DNA of 62,119 nt from Syntrophales bacterium. Lineage in GTDB: Bacteria; Desulfobacterota; Syntrophia; Syntrophales; UBA8958. Positions 25,994 to 35,722 of this stretch are shown here, piece after piece; the stretch's first letter is position 1; each line of letters begins with the position of its first letter. Where the stretch lies: NCBI GenBank assembly GCA_041664405.1, contig JBAYKV010000001.1, positions 1 through 62,119 on the forward strand. The letters are read 5' to 3'. The notes below the pieces were generated by a model. The model saw nothing but the letters and a program-made list of their open reading frames with translations, ran no database searches and was not told the origin of the DNA. Both the position numbers and the translations under genes were made by a program.

Positions 25994-27925
25994 ATGTTCA
26001 AACACCTGTTTACCCCCATTAAAATCGGAAATATGGAAGTCAGAAACCGGATCGTCATGCTTCCCATAACCACCGGGTACTCCGAATCGGACGAAACGAT
26101 AGGTAATCGTTTCATAAACTTTTTTAAGGAGCGGGCAAAAGGCGGTGCCGGCCTTATCATTATTCCCTTTTCCCCGGTTCCGGCAGGTTCGCCCGTGGAA
26201 CCCGGCCTCTTCGATGACCGGTTTATTCCCGGCGTCCGGCGACTAACGGCGGAAATCCATGCTCACGGAGCAAAAGCAGCGTCTCAGCTTATTGCTTCCT
26301 ATCATGTAATGTTCAAGGACAGTGTCCCTGGAGTCGTAGGACCTTCGCCGGTGATGAACAGGATAATGCGTGTCATACCCCGCGCCCTGTCCATTGACGA
26401 GATTAATTACATTGTAGATGAATACGGCAAATCGGCCCGACGTGCCCGTGAGGGAGGCTTCGATGCCGTGGAGATTCTTGTGGGAGGCGGGTACCTTCTT
26501 AACCGCTTCCTTTCTCCCATCACCAACAAACGGGAAGACGAATACGGGGGGAGCCTTGAGAAGAGAATGCGAATGATCCTGGAAGTGATCGAGAACGTGA
26601 GGCGAGAGGCAGGCGATGATTTCCCCATTGGTGTCCGTCTGAACATTGAGGAACAGATGGTGGGAGGGCACACGGTTGAGGACTCCATGATCGTGGCGCA
26701 GGCATTGGAACGGGCGGGAGTTAGCATCATCAACGCTTATACGGGCTGGCATGAATCGCCGGTACCGACGATCGCACCTTCGCTGCCCCCGGGCGCTTTT
26801 GCTTATCTCGCTGAAAAGATCAAGGGCTCAGTAAGCATCCCTGTCATTGCCGCCAACCGGATCAACGGCCCGCTTGTGGCCGAAAAGATACTGGCCGACG
26901 GGAAAGCGGACCTTGTCGGCATGGGAAGGGCATTGTTGGCCGACCCGGAACTTCCCAACAAGGCAAGGGAAGGCCGGATGGATGAAATTGTCCCCTGTAT
27001 CGCCTGCTCCAATTGCCTTGCTGAGATCATGTCCATGTACAGGTCCTGGGGAAAGGGGGCCGCTACATTCTGCACGGTCAACCCCTGCGCGGGTAAAGAA
27101 GGCGAGCATGTCCTGGAACCCGCCTGGAAACGGAAGAAGGTTTTCGTGATCGGTGGCGGTCCTGCGGGCATGGAGGCAGCAATGACAGCGGCGGCGAGAG
27201 GCCACCAGGTTACCATGTTTGAAAAGGAAAATGAACTGGGCGGATGGCTCCGGGTCGGCTGCCTGCCACCGCATAAGGATGAAATCGGGCAACTGAATAA
27301 AAGCCTTGCTGTCAGGACGCAGAAGGCGGGCGTTCAAATCCGGCTCAATAGCAAGGACACACCGAGAGCCATAGCGGACGGGAAACCTGATGTCCTGATC
27401 CTCGCTCTGGGCGCACAACCTTTGCTTCCAAACATTCCGGGAGTAAAGGGCGCCAATGTCTTGATGGCGGAAGACCTGCTGACCGGCCGGAAGAATGCAA
27501 GCGGATCCGTCATCATTATCGGCGGCGGCTTAGTGGGATGCGAGACAGCGGAATTCTTAAGCGAAAAGGGAAAAGATATCAGCACGATCACTGTAATCGA
27601 AATGCGGGAGCGCATGGCGGATAATATATCTCCTACATCCCGGCCTTTCTTCCTCGCAAGACTGAAAAAAGCAGGTATCCGGATGAAGACCGGCGTCACC
27701 GTAAAGAAGATAACGGATAAGGGCATCAAAGTGACTCAACAGGGAACCTCCGGCTTCATCGAGGGAGACAACGTGGTGCTTGCCGTGGGCCTCAAATCGG
27801 AACCGAAGCTTGTCGAGGGCTACAAGGGAAAAGCGCCGGAAGTCTACTCCATTGGTGACTGCGTTAAGCCCCGGATGATCAAAGAAGCGATCGAAGAGGG
27901 ATTTTCTGTCGGCAGAAAAGTATGA
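25994..27925 (+). CDS. OYE-family flavin oxidoreductase fused to an FAD/NAD(P)-binding domain (2,4-dienoyl-CoA / 2-enoate reductase-like)
   Basis: N-terminal OYE TIM-barrel start FTPIKIGNMEVRNRIVMLP. Fe-S motif CIACSNC...C. Two Rossmann motifs, VIGGGPAGMEAA and IIGGGLVGCETA. 643 aa. Confidence 0.85.
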   Translation: MFKHLFTPIKIGNMEVRNRIVMLPITTGYSESDETIGNRFINFFKERAKGGAGLIIIPFSPVPAGSPVEPGLFDDRFIPGVRRLTAEIHAHGAKAASQLIASYHVMFKDSVPGVVGPSPVMNRIMRVIPRALSIDEINYIVDEYGKSARRAREGGFDAVEILVGGGYLLNRFLSPITNKREDEYGGSLEKRMRMILEVIENVRREAGDDFPIGVRLNIEEQMVGGHTVEDSMIVAQALERAGVSIINAYTGWHESPVPTIAPSLPPGAFAYLAEKIKGSVSIPVIAANRINGPLVAEKILADGKADLVGMGRALLADPELPNKAREGRMDEIVPCIACSNCLAEIMSMYRSWGKGAATFCTVNPCAGKEGEHVLEPAWKRKKVFVIGGGPAGMEAAMTAAARGHQVTMFEKENELGGWLRVGCLPPHKDEIGQLNKSLAVRTQKAGVQIRLNSKDTPRAIADGKPDVLILALGAQPLLPNIPGVKGANVLMAEDLLTGRKNASGSVIIIGGGLVGCETAEFLSEKGKDISTITVIEMRERMADNISPTSRPFFLARLKKAGIRMKTGVTVKKITDKGIKVTQQGTSGFIEGDNVVLAVGLKSEPKLVEGYKGKAPEVYSIGDCVKPRMIKEAIEEGFSVGRKV

Positions 27926-27997
27926 GAATGTATCCTGCCAGATGATCAATCTTCCAGAAGTCGGATAAATATGGTTATTAATCGGAAAGACGCGGGT

Positions 27998-29470
27998 ATG
28001 GAGAAGAAAACAATCAAGCGAATATTAATTGCCAACCGGGGAGAGATTGCCCTCCGGATCATGAAAACCGTCCGGGAGTTGGGACGCGAGGCGATTGTTG
28101 TTTATGAAAAGCCGGACAGGAATGCCTGCTACCTTCGCTTTGCCGACAGGGCGATTCCTATCGACAATGAACAGGGAGGCAGCTATCTCAATATTGAAAA
28201 GATGGTCAGGACGGCTATAGAAACTGGTGCGGACGCCATTCACCCCGGATATGGATTTCTGGCGGAGAATGCCGATTTTGCATGTGCTTGCGAAGAAGCC
28301 GGAATCATCTTCATCGGTCCACCGTCCCCGGTTATTAAGAACCTGGGTGATAAGGTCCTGGCGAGACATTTAGCGGTGGAAGCCGGGGTACCCACCGTTC
28401 CGGGAATAGCAACCTTGTCTCCGGGCGAAGACGGTGTAGCGGAGGTGCTTGCCTTTGTCGCGGAGCATGGCTACCCCGTTATCTTAAAAGCAGTATTGGG
28501 CGGCGGCGGGCGGGGGATGAGAAAGATCGGGATGGATTCCGATTTGAAAGTCCAGATTCTCCGGGCGAGAGCAGAAGCCATGTCGGCTTTTAACAGCGAT
28601 ACAATCTATGTGGAAAAATATATTGAAGCTGCGAAACACGTAGAAGTGCAAATATTAGCAGATTCATATGGAAATGTCGTTCATCTCGGGACGCGGGATT
28701 GTTCGATTCAGCGGCGACATCAAAAACTGCTGGAAGTTGCTCCGGTGGATCTACCCGGAGAGGTGATTGAGGCAATACACAGTGCGGCCATCAAAATAGC
28801 GAGGGCGTCTGCTTATGTTAATGCCGGAACGGTGGAATTCCTGGTAGACGCCCAATCCGGAAGATTCTGGTTTATGGAGATCAATACGCGCCTGCAGGTG
28901 GAGCATAGCGTTACAGAGATGCTGACTGGCGTGGACATCGTCAGACAGCAGATCGAGATCGCCGAAGGAATGGTGCTTGGCATACGCCAGGAACAGGTGA
29001 ATCTTTCCGGGATTGCGATTGAGGTGCGCATCAATGCCGAGGACCCCAAAAATAATTTTATGCCTGAAGGCGGCAAGATGATTGAAATCTTCGATCCCCC
29101 GGGCGGTTCCAATATCAGGGTAGATGGCAATATCCATCTCGGATACCGAATCCCCGCCGCTTATGATTCTCTCCTCGCAAAGTTGATCGTCCGGGGGCAT
29201 GGCTGGGCGGAGACGGTTCAGCGGCTGAAGAAGGCCTTGCTGCGTTTCACTCTCCTCTGGCCTAAGACAACCATCCCTCTTTATATTGCCATTTGTAATG
29301 AGCCCGATTTCATGAACAGGACATTCGATACATCCTACTTGGAGAATCATCCCCAGTTGTTTGAATATCCTGACCATGAATATTTTGTTATTGACAGTAC
29401 AGTGTATGGTAAGAATGCTCATCATCTTTTAAATCAATGGACAGATCGCATATGTTCTGATAGCGGTTAG
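27998..29470 (+). CDS. Biotin carboxylase (ATP-grasp) subunit, stand-alone
   Basis: Motifs RILIANRGEIALRI, GYPVILKAVLGGGGRGMR, CSIQRRHQKLLE and EINTRLQVEHSVTE. No fused biotinyl domain. Alternative start at 27971. Confidence 0.9.
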   Translation: MEKKTIKRILIANRGEIALRIMKTVRELGREAIVVYEKPDRNACYLRFADRAIPIDNEQGGSYLNIEKMVRTAIETGADAIHPGYGFLAENADFACACEEAGIIFIGPPSPVIKNLGDKVLARHLAVEAGVPTVPGIATLSPGEDGVAEVLAFVAEHGYPVILKAVLGGGGRGMRKIGMDSDLKVQILRARAEAMSAFNSDTIYVEKYIEAAKHVEVQILADSYGNVVHLGTRDCSIQRRHQKLLEVAPVDLPGEVIEAIHSAAIKIARASAYVNAGTVEFLVDAQSGRFWFMEINTRLQVEHSVTEMLTGVDIVRQQIEIAEGMVLGIRQEQVNLSGIAIEVRINAEDPKNNFMPEGGKMIEIFDPPGGSNIRVDGNIHLGYRIPAAYDSLLAKLIVRGHGWAETVQRLKKALLRFTLLWPKTTIPLYIAICNEPDFMNRTFDTSYLENHPQLFEYPDHEYFVIDSTVYGKNAHHLLNQWTDRICSDSG

Positions 29471-29591
29471 CCGTACGGTTGAGGCTGCAAGCTCTTTTTT
29501 GCTTTATGGAAATAGCTTTAGTTTGCAGTAAGCTGAAGATATGCACCCGAGATAAGGGACCTGCCCTCGTTCTTGAAGGCCCCCTTGAGAG

Positions 29592-31262
29592 ATGGGAAAT
29601 GACCGGATGAAAGCAGCACCAGACAGTTTACTTGTTACGAATGAGAAACTGAAGACCAAGCTGGAAGTCAAGAATAATCTTCTGAATCACGTCTATGAGA
29701 TCAGCTCAATGCTGACGAGTGTCCCTGATCTCGAAAAGGTTCTGAGAGAGATCGTGGACCGCATTATGACGGGGCTGAATTTCGATCGGGTCATTATTCA
29801 TCTGATAAATAATGATGGTGTGCGGCTGGAGTGCGTTCGTACAAAGGGATTTACGCAGATCGGTGCAGAGCGTGCGTTGAGCAAGCCATTGGTGATCGGT
29901 AAACATTATTGTTATGAAACGAGTGCCATTCTTCGCGGTGAGCCGATCTTTATCAAGGATACGGTTAACAATCCTGAGGCCACAGAGGTTGACAGGATAA
30001 TCAACAACTACCAGGAAAGGAAGTCCGTCCTTTATGTTCCTTTGAAGCTGAAGGGAAAGGTGATCGGCCTGATTGGCGTGGATCGATACCGGACACGGAT
30101 GGAAATCACCCAGGACGATATTGAGTCCTTGGCCATATTTGCCAATCAGGCCGCCATCATCATCGAGAATGCGAGGCTATACGACGCCCTGAGCAATGAA
30201 AAGATGCTCTCGGAGAATATCATCCGCTGTTCCGTGAACGGTATCATGGTGAGCGATCTTGATGGCCAGATTCGCAATCTCAACCCGCGGGGAGAGGAAA
30301 TTCTCGGAATAAATAACGAAGAAGCCAAATTGCGCCTCATTCAGGATGTGTTTTTGTTCAATGACAAGGAAAGGTTGCGAATATATAAAGCCTTGAAGAG
30401 GAAAGAGGACATCAGCCCGTTTGAAATTACCTACCAACGCAAGGACAATAGGCGGCTGACGCTGGGAATTACGGCTTTCACGCTTACCGGCGAGAATGGT
30501 GATGTTCATGGCGCTGTGAGCCTTATTACCGACCTGACGGAAAAAAAGAGGATGGATGACTACCTGTTGCGTACGGAGAAACTTGCCGCGCTGGGGTGGA
30601 TTGCCTCCGGCATTGCTCATGAAATCAGGAATCCTCTGGCCGGTATCTATACGACTGTCCAAAACATGGAGAATGAGTGTGATACCGATAATTCCCACCG
30701 AGGGGAGCTAAAAAATATTTTAACGGAAATCGACAGGATCGAGGGACTGATTCGTGAAGTCCTCAATCTGGCCCGTCCGTTGCCGTTGCAGATCGAGGAG
30801 GTGGATGTCCATAAACTGCTGACCAATACGGTCAGTCTGGTCCGGAAGGAAGCCACGAAAAAAGATATCGTGATCAAGACCCAGTTCAGCAAAGAAACAA
30901 TGCCGACCAGGGCAGACCCGAACAGGCTCAGACAGGTATTCCTGAACTTGCTCATCAATGCCGTAGACTCCATCACGACAAAGGGAAAAGTTATGATCTC
31001 AACGGAGATGATGGAGGGACAGACCAAACCGGGCCGGTGGCTTCTCATCCGCTTTAAGGATAACGGTATTGGTATTCCGGCCGAGGTCATAAACAAGATC
31101 TTCGATCCCTTCTTTACTACAAAAAGTGTTGGAACCGGCCTTGGCTTGACCGTTTCCGATAAAATCATTCAGGACCATCACGGCATTATTGAAGTGGAGA
31201 GCAAGGTCCAAAAAGGAACGACTTTTTGCGTCAGGCTGCCCGTGTTCCTCGATGAGGCATAG
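29592..31262 (+). CDS. Sensor histidine kinase (GAF-PAS-HisKA-HATPase)
   Basis: H-box GIAHEIRNPLAGI. ATPase motifs DNGIGIPAEVINKIFDPFFTTK and GTGLGL. No TM segment seen. Confidence 0.85.
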   Translation: MGNDRMKAAPDSLLVTNEKLKTKLEVKNNLLNHVYEISSMLTSVPDLEKVLREIVDRIMTGLNFDRVIIHLINNDGVRLECVRTKGFTQIGAERALSKPLVIGKHYCYETSAILRGEPIFIKDTVNNPEATEVDRIINNYQERKSVLYVPLKLKGKVIGLIGVDRYRTRMEITQDDIESLAIFANQAAIIIENARLYDALSNEKMLSENIIRCSVNGIMVSDLDGQIRNLNPRGEEILGINNEEAKLRLIQDVFLFNDKERLRIYKALKRKEDISPFEITYQRKDNRRLTLGITAFTLTGENGDVHGAVSLITDLTEKKRMDDYLLRTEKLAALGWIASGIAHEIRNPLAGIYTTVQNMENECDTDNSHRGELKNILTEIDRIEGLIREVLNLARPLPLQIEEVDVHKLLTNTVSLVRKEATKKDIVIKTQFSKETMPTRADPNRLRQVFLNLLINAVDSITTKGKVMISTEMMEGQTKPGRWLLIRFKDNGIGIPAEVINKIFDPFFTTKSVGTGLGLTVSDKIIQDHHGIIEVESKVQKGTTFCVRLPVFLDEA

Positions 31263-31371
31263 GGGTGTTGGATGCATATCTGATTCACTTTGTGGCTTTC
31301 CTGCCGGTTGTATGGAAGGATATCAAACAGGAGGTCTCGGATTTTTAGCGTAATATCCAGGAGAATCGCAG

Positions 31372-32727
31372 ATGAAACCGAAAATTCTCATCGTTGATGA
31401 TGAAAAACTGCTTCTCAGATCGTTGAAGAAGGCCCTGTCGGGGGACGATTATTTAGTTGTAACTGCCGAAAACGGCAGGGAAGCCCTAAGTGCCTTTGAT
31501 ATGCACAGTCCCGATCTGGTGCTGCTTGACGTCAGACTTCCCGACATGGATGGCATGCAGCTTTTCCGAAAAGTACACCGGCTGGATCCTCAATGCCCTG
31601 GCATCATCATGACCGCATACGGCGGAATCAAGGGGGCGGTGGAGGCGATCAAGCTCGGAGCTTATGATTATATCGCCAAGCCTTTCGACATTGAGGAACT
31701 GAAGTTCATAATCAAGCGGTGTCTTGAATCGAAGCGGGTTGTTGCCGAGATGAATCTTATCCGTTCCACCCAAAAGGATCGCTTCGGGTTTGAGAAGATC
31801 GTCACTAACAACAGCGCCATGAAAAGCCTTATCAGGCTTAGCAAGCGTGTTGCGGAGGCTCAGTCAACCGTTATGATCCTCGGAGAAAGCGGTACGGGTA
31901 AGGAACTGTTTGCGAGCGCCATCCATTACAATGGTTCACGCCAGAACCACCCATTTGTTGCCATCAACTGTGCGGCCCTGTCGGAAGGACTTCTCGAGAG
32001 TGAACTCTTCGGTCATGAAAAGGGTGCATTTACGGGGGCCATCAAGCAGAAAAAGGGCCTCTTTGAGATGGCCGACAGGGGAACCATTTTTCTCGATGAA
32101 ATCGGAGAAATCGGGTCGAAAACCCAAGTCAGTCTCCTGAGATTCTTAGAGGTCAGAAATTTTCAGCGGGTGGGCGGGACGGACAATATCGAAGTCGATG
32201 TAAGGATCATTGCAGCCACGAACAAGGATCTATTAAAAGAGGTGAAGGAAGGGCGGTTCCGGGAGGATCTCTACTATCGTCTCTCTGTTATTTCCATCGC
32301 CGTTCCTCCCCTGCGTGAGCGGCGGGATGATATCCCACTCCTGATCAACCATTTCATCTCCGAGTATAACGGGGTGCTCAAAAAGAATGTTCAATGTTGC
32401 AGCGATGAGGCCGTAAATATCCTTTGCGATTATGAGTGGCCCGGCAACATCAGGGAGCTGCGAAACATTATTGAAAGAGCGGTGCTCTTAAGCGACGATC
32501 AGACCGTAAGCCCGGTCGATATTCCTCTTGAAAAGGGCAACAACCGGGACATGCAGAGTCTGGCCAAGATTGAAACCCTTGATACGATGTTTCTGGACGA
32601 CATGATCAGCCTTTATACGAAGAGCCTACTTGCCCGCTTCGGCCAGAACAAGGCCCACACCGCCGCCGCCATGGGCATTACCAGGCAGCGCTTGCGAAGA
32701 ATTCTTCGGTCATCGGAAGTGTATTGA
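31372..32727 (+). CDS. Sigma54-dependent response regulator (NtrC family)
   Basis: Receiver ILIVDDE...LVLLDVRLPDMDG. AAA+ domain with GESGTGKE, GAFTGA and FLDEIGE motifs. C-terminal Fis-type HTH. Confidence 0.9.
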   Translation: MKPKILIVDDEKLLLRSLKKALSGDDYLVVTAENGREALSAFDMHSPDLVLLDVRLPDMDGMQLFRKVHRLDPQCPGIIMTAYGGIKGAVEAIKLGAYDYIAKPFDIEELKFIIKRCLESKRVVAEMNLIRSTQKDRFGFEKIVTNNSAMKSLIRLSKRVAEAQSTVMILGESGTGKELFASAIHYNGSRQNHPFVAINCAALSEGLLESELFGHEKGAFTGAIKQKKGLFEMADRGTIFLDEIGEIGSKTQVSLLRFLEVRNFQRVGGTDNIEVDVRIIAATNKDLLKEVKEGRFREDLYYRLSVISIAVPPLRERRDDIPLLINHFISEYNGVLKKNVQCCSDEAVNILCDYEWPGNIRELRNIIERAVLLSDDQTVSPVDIPLEKGNNRDMQSLAKIETLDTMFLDDMISLYTKSLLARFGQNKAHTAAAMGITRQRLRRILRSSEVY

Positions 32728-33010
32728 ATTCATCCAACCGCCGGATTATTTTCATGCAGCACGGTTACCCCTTTAGATACAATATGTTATTATCAGTTTG
32801 AAAGGCTGTCTATGCCTGAAAGGCTCTCATAGTGGATGGAGATCATAAACCTACACCGCTGAAGATCGATCGTCCGGACTGATTGAAGGGGCATCGACGG
32901 TTAATACTGTCGAAATATTTTCTTTGGTTTTGATTTTTTGCGGCGAATTCCCAGTGCCGTCTTCTAATAATATTTCCCATTAAAATCATCAATAAGATAA
33001 TCATATCAAC

Positions 33011-33057
33011 GTGCTGTTGATTTGCAGCACCATTTCAGTAGCCTGTGCGTTCTGAAA
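33011..33057 (+). promoter_or_regulatory. Two adjacent inverted repeats, a candidate enhancer (UAS) for the sigma54 activator
   Basis: GTGCTG-N8-CAGCAC (33011-33030) and TTTCAG-N13-CTGAAA (33033-33057), lying 35-80 nt upstream of the -24/-12 element. Confidence 0.35.
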
Positions 33058-33090
33058 CTATTCTCCCGCAATATTCTCCATCCAAATAAA

Positions 33091-33106
33091 CGGCACGGAG
33101 CTTGCC
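33091..33106 (+). promoter_or_regulatory. Sigma54 (-24/-12) promoter
   Basis: CGGCACGGAGCTTGCC has GG and GC separated by exactly 10 nt and matches TGGCACG-N4-TTGC at all but the first base. It is about 175 nt upstream of the BKACE start and downstream of the NtrC-type gene. Confidence 0.7.
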
Positions 33107-33280
33107 ATTGTCCATATTGAAAGGATGGTCGGATAAGCCTTTTTGAGTGCTCTAATCCAATAACGGAGGATGTCTTCGCGTCCAACAACCGAACAGGAAC
33201 ATGTTCGCATGAGCTATCAAAGAGGAACATCGGGAAAGCAAATGGAAATATCGAAAACAATATTAAGGAGAAAAGGAAAA

Positions 33281-34201
33281 ATGAGCAAAACCATTGTAAC
33301 GGTTGCCATCACGGGAAGTATTCATACCACGAGTATGTCCGAGTATCTGCCAATCACGCCAAAGCAAATAGCCGACGAGGCGGTGCGGTCTTACGAAGCG
33401 GGAGCGGCGGTAGCACACATCCATGTCCGCAATCCGGAAACGGGCCAACCCGTTTCGGACATGGATCTTTACCGAGAAGTTCTGGCAAGCATAAAAGAGC
33501 GATGCGACATGATCGCCTGCATCACTACGGGCGGTGGTCTCGGGATGACGGCGGAGCAGCGCCTTAAGCCCGTAACGGTCTTTAAGCCGGAACTGGCCTC
33601 TTTCAACGCCGGTTCCGTCAACTTTGCCCTTTTTCATGCCCTCGAAAAATACAAGAATCTAAAATTCGATTGGGAAGCGAAATATCTCGCCATGACGGAA
33701 GACTTCGTCTTCCCCAATACCTTTAAAACGATGCGGGAGTTCTGCGCTATCTTTAACGAGCAGGGGACAAAGCCGGAGTTTGAAGTCTACGATTCCGGAA
33801 TGATCAATAATATCGCCTTCCTGATCGACCGTGGGTACATCAAAAAACCTGTTTACATGCAGTTTGTCATGGGTGTTCTGGGCGGAATAACCCCAAGTCC
33901 CGAAAACCTGATGTTCATGGTCGATTATGCGAAACGGCTGATCGGCGATTTTACCTACTCCGTCTGCGTGGCAGGTCGCGCCCAATTCCCCATTTGCACC
34001 CAGTCTCTTCTCATCGGGGGCAATGTAAGGGTTGGCCTTGAGGACAATCTATTCCTGGGCAAGGGAGTTGCTGCCAAAAGCAATGGCGAGCAGGTGGAGA
34101 AGATCGTCCGCATCGCCCGCGAACTGGGCATAGAACCGGCATCGGCGGCTGAGGCAAGGAAAATCCTGGGCCTTAAAGGGTTGGCGCAGGTGAACTATTG
34201 A
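33281..34201 (+). CDS. BKACE-family beta-keto acid cleavage enzyme (DUF849, 3-keto-5-aminohexanoate cleavage enzyme-like)
   Basis: The start MSKTIVTVAITGS follows AAGGAG; the track start at 33170 is an extension. HIHVRN metal-binding HxH motif. About 306 aa. Confidence 0.8.
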   Translation: MSKTIVTVAITGSIHTTSMSEYLPITPKQIADEAVRSYEAGAAVAHIHVRNPETGQPVSDMDLYREVLASIKERCDMIACITTGGGLGMTAEQRLKPVTVFKPELASFNAGSVNFALFHALEKYKNLKFDWEAKYLAMTEDFVFPNTFKTMREFCAIFNEQGTKPEFEVYDSGMINNIAFLIDRGYIKKPVYMQFVMGVLGGITPSPENLMFMVDYAKRLIGDFTYSVCVAGRAQFPICTQSLLIGGNVRVGLEDNLFLGKGVAAKSNGEQVEKIVRIARELGIEPASAAEARKILGLKGLAQVNY

Positions 34202-34243
34202 TGGCTTGAACGTGATGTGCAGGATTCATCAACGGAGGGGATC

Positions 34244-35611
34244 ATGTCTGACAACTATGGAAAAAAGAGAGCAACGCCGGAGCAGGTAGCGGCATTGGTT
34301 CGGGATGGGATGTGGATAGACTATGGCGCCATCCAGTCACCCCGGGCCTTCGATAGGGCGCTGGCCGAGCGTCTTGATGAGTTAAAGGACATTAAAGTGA
34401 GATGCATCGGGCATCTAAACCCGCCCCTGGTCATGGAAAAGGATCTCGAGGCAAAGAGTTGCTGGTGGGGTAACTGGCATATCCTGGGACTTACCCGGAA
34501 GTATATTGCTGAAAACCGGGGGACCCATCTCCCCGAGAATTTTGGCGAAACGGCGCGAACCTACAGGGAGACGTTGGATGTCGACATGGCCGTGATCACC
34601 ACCACCCCCATGAATAAGCACGGCTATTTCAACTTCGGTCTGCAGAATGCCTTCACGAAGGCGACCCTTGATAAAGCAAAAATCCGCGTGGTGGAAGTGA
34701 ATGAAAGCATGCCCTGGTGCTACGGCGGTTATGACGAATGCATCCACCTATCCAACGTCGATTATGTCATCGAAAACAAAACGGATAAAATTATTGCCAT
34801 ACCGCCGTCGCAGGCAACGGAGACGGATCGGCAGATTGCCGCGATCATCGCCGATATGATCCCGAAGGACGGACCCTGCCTGCAGATAGGGATCGGCGGC
34901 TTGCCGGATACTATCCTGCGCCTCCTTGCCGATCATGGCGTTCAGGATATGGGCATTCACACGGAAATGGCTACGGAAGCGATCGCCGAACTGCATGATG
35001 CCGGAGTGATCACGGGGAGAAAGAAGACATTCCTTCCCGAGAAGATTGTCTGGGCTTTCGCCATTGGCAGCCGGAAATTATACGACTGGCTCGATCACAA
35101 CCCGGCGCTTGCCTCATATCCGGTAGATTTTACGAATGATCCGAACGCGATTGCCGTAAACAGAAACCTCGTTTCCATCAATGCGTGTCTGGGTGTGGAT
35201 CTGCAGGGGCAGGTCAGCTCTGAGTCCATCGGCCTCACGGAATATTCCGGCACGGGGGGACAGCTTGCCTTTGCGCGGGGGGCCTATTACCGATCCACCC
35301 GTGGATTGCCGCAGATCGGTTATTCGGAAAACAAGTCCATCCTTGCCTTTCATGCGACCTATAAAGACAAGGAGGGTCGATTACGCTCCAAAATTACACC
35401 TACTTTGCCGTTGGGCGAGATTGTTACCGTCCCGCGCGTCGATGTTTCCTATCTGGTAACGGAATATGGCGTGGCCTATCTCAAGGGCCTTTCGATTCCG
35501 GAGCGGGTCATTGCGATTACAAAAATCGCGCATCCGGAATTCAGGGATTGGCTGCTGGAAGAGGCCGCCAAGATGAAATGGCTCAATAGCCAATGGATCA
35601 GGAGGAGTTAG
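34244..35611 (+). CDS. Acetyl-CoA hydrolase/transferase family CoA-transferase (4-hydroxybutyrate CoA-transferase-like), copy 1
   Basis: GIHTEM and SGTGGQLAFARGA motifs. The ATG at 34244 follows GGAGGGG. Confidence 0.85.
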   Translation: MSDNYGKKRATPEQVAALVRDGMWIDYGAIQSPRAFDRALAERLDELKDIKVRCIGHLNPPLVMEKDLEAKSCWWGNWHILGLTRKYIAENRGTHLPENFGETARTYRETLDVDMAVITTTPMNKHGYFNFGLQNAFTKATLDKAKIRVVEVNESMPWCYGGYDECIHLSNVDYVIENKTDKIIAIPPSQATETDRQIAAIIADMIPKDGPCLQIGIGGLPDTILRLLADHGVQDMGIHTEMATEAIAELHDAGVITGRKKTFLPEKIVWAFAIGSRKLYDWLDHNPALASYPVDFTNDPNAIAVNRNLVSINACLGVDLQGQVSSESIGLTEYSGTGGQLAFARGAYYRSTRGLPQIGYSENKSILAFHATYKDKEGRLRSKITPTLPLGEIVTVPRVDVSYLVTEYGVAYLKGLSIPERVIAITKIAHPEFRDWLLEEAAKMKWLNSQWIRRS

Positions 35612-35722
35612 GAAACTGATTCGAGTGCGCCGATGCCGGCACGGGACGGGGATAAGCCTGGTAAGGATACTGTTATCGGGCGGTGAATCGATTAATAGGA
35701 AGATGAAAGGGAGAACGGGGAG

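Noticed and set aside
33170-33280. Upstream extension of the BKACE gene (track start at 33170)
   Set aside because: The extension starts only about 65 nt after the sigma54 promoter, has no RBS, and has no BKACE homology (MSSRPTTEQEHV...). The ATG at 33281 has AAGGAG upstream and begins the conserved IVTVAITG strand.
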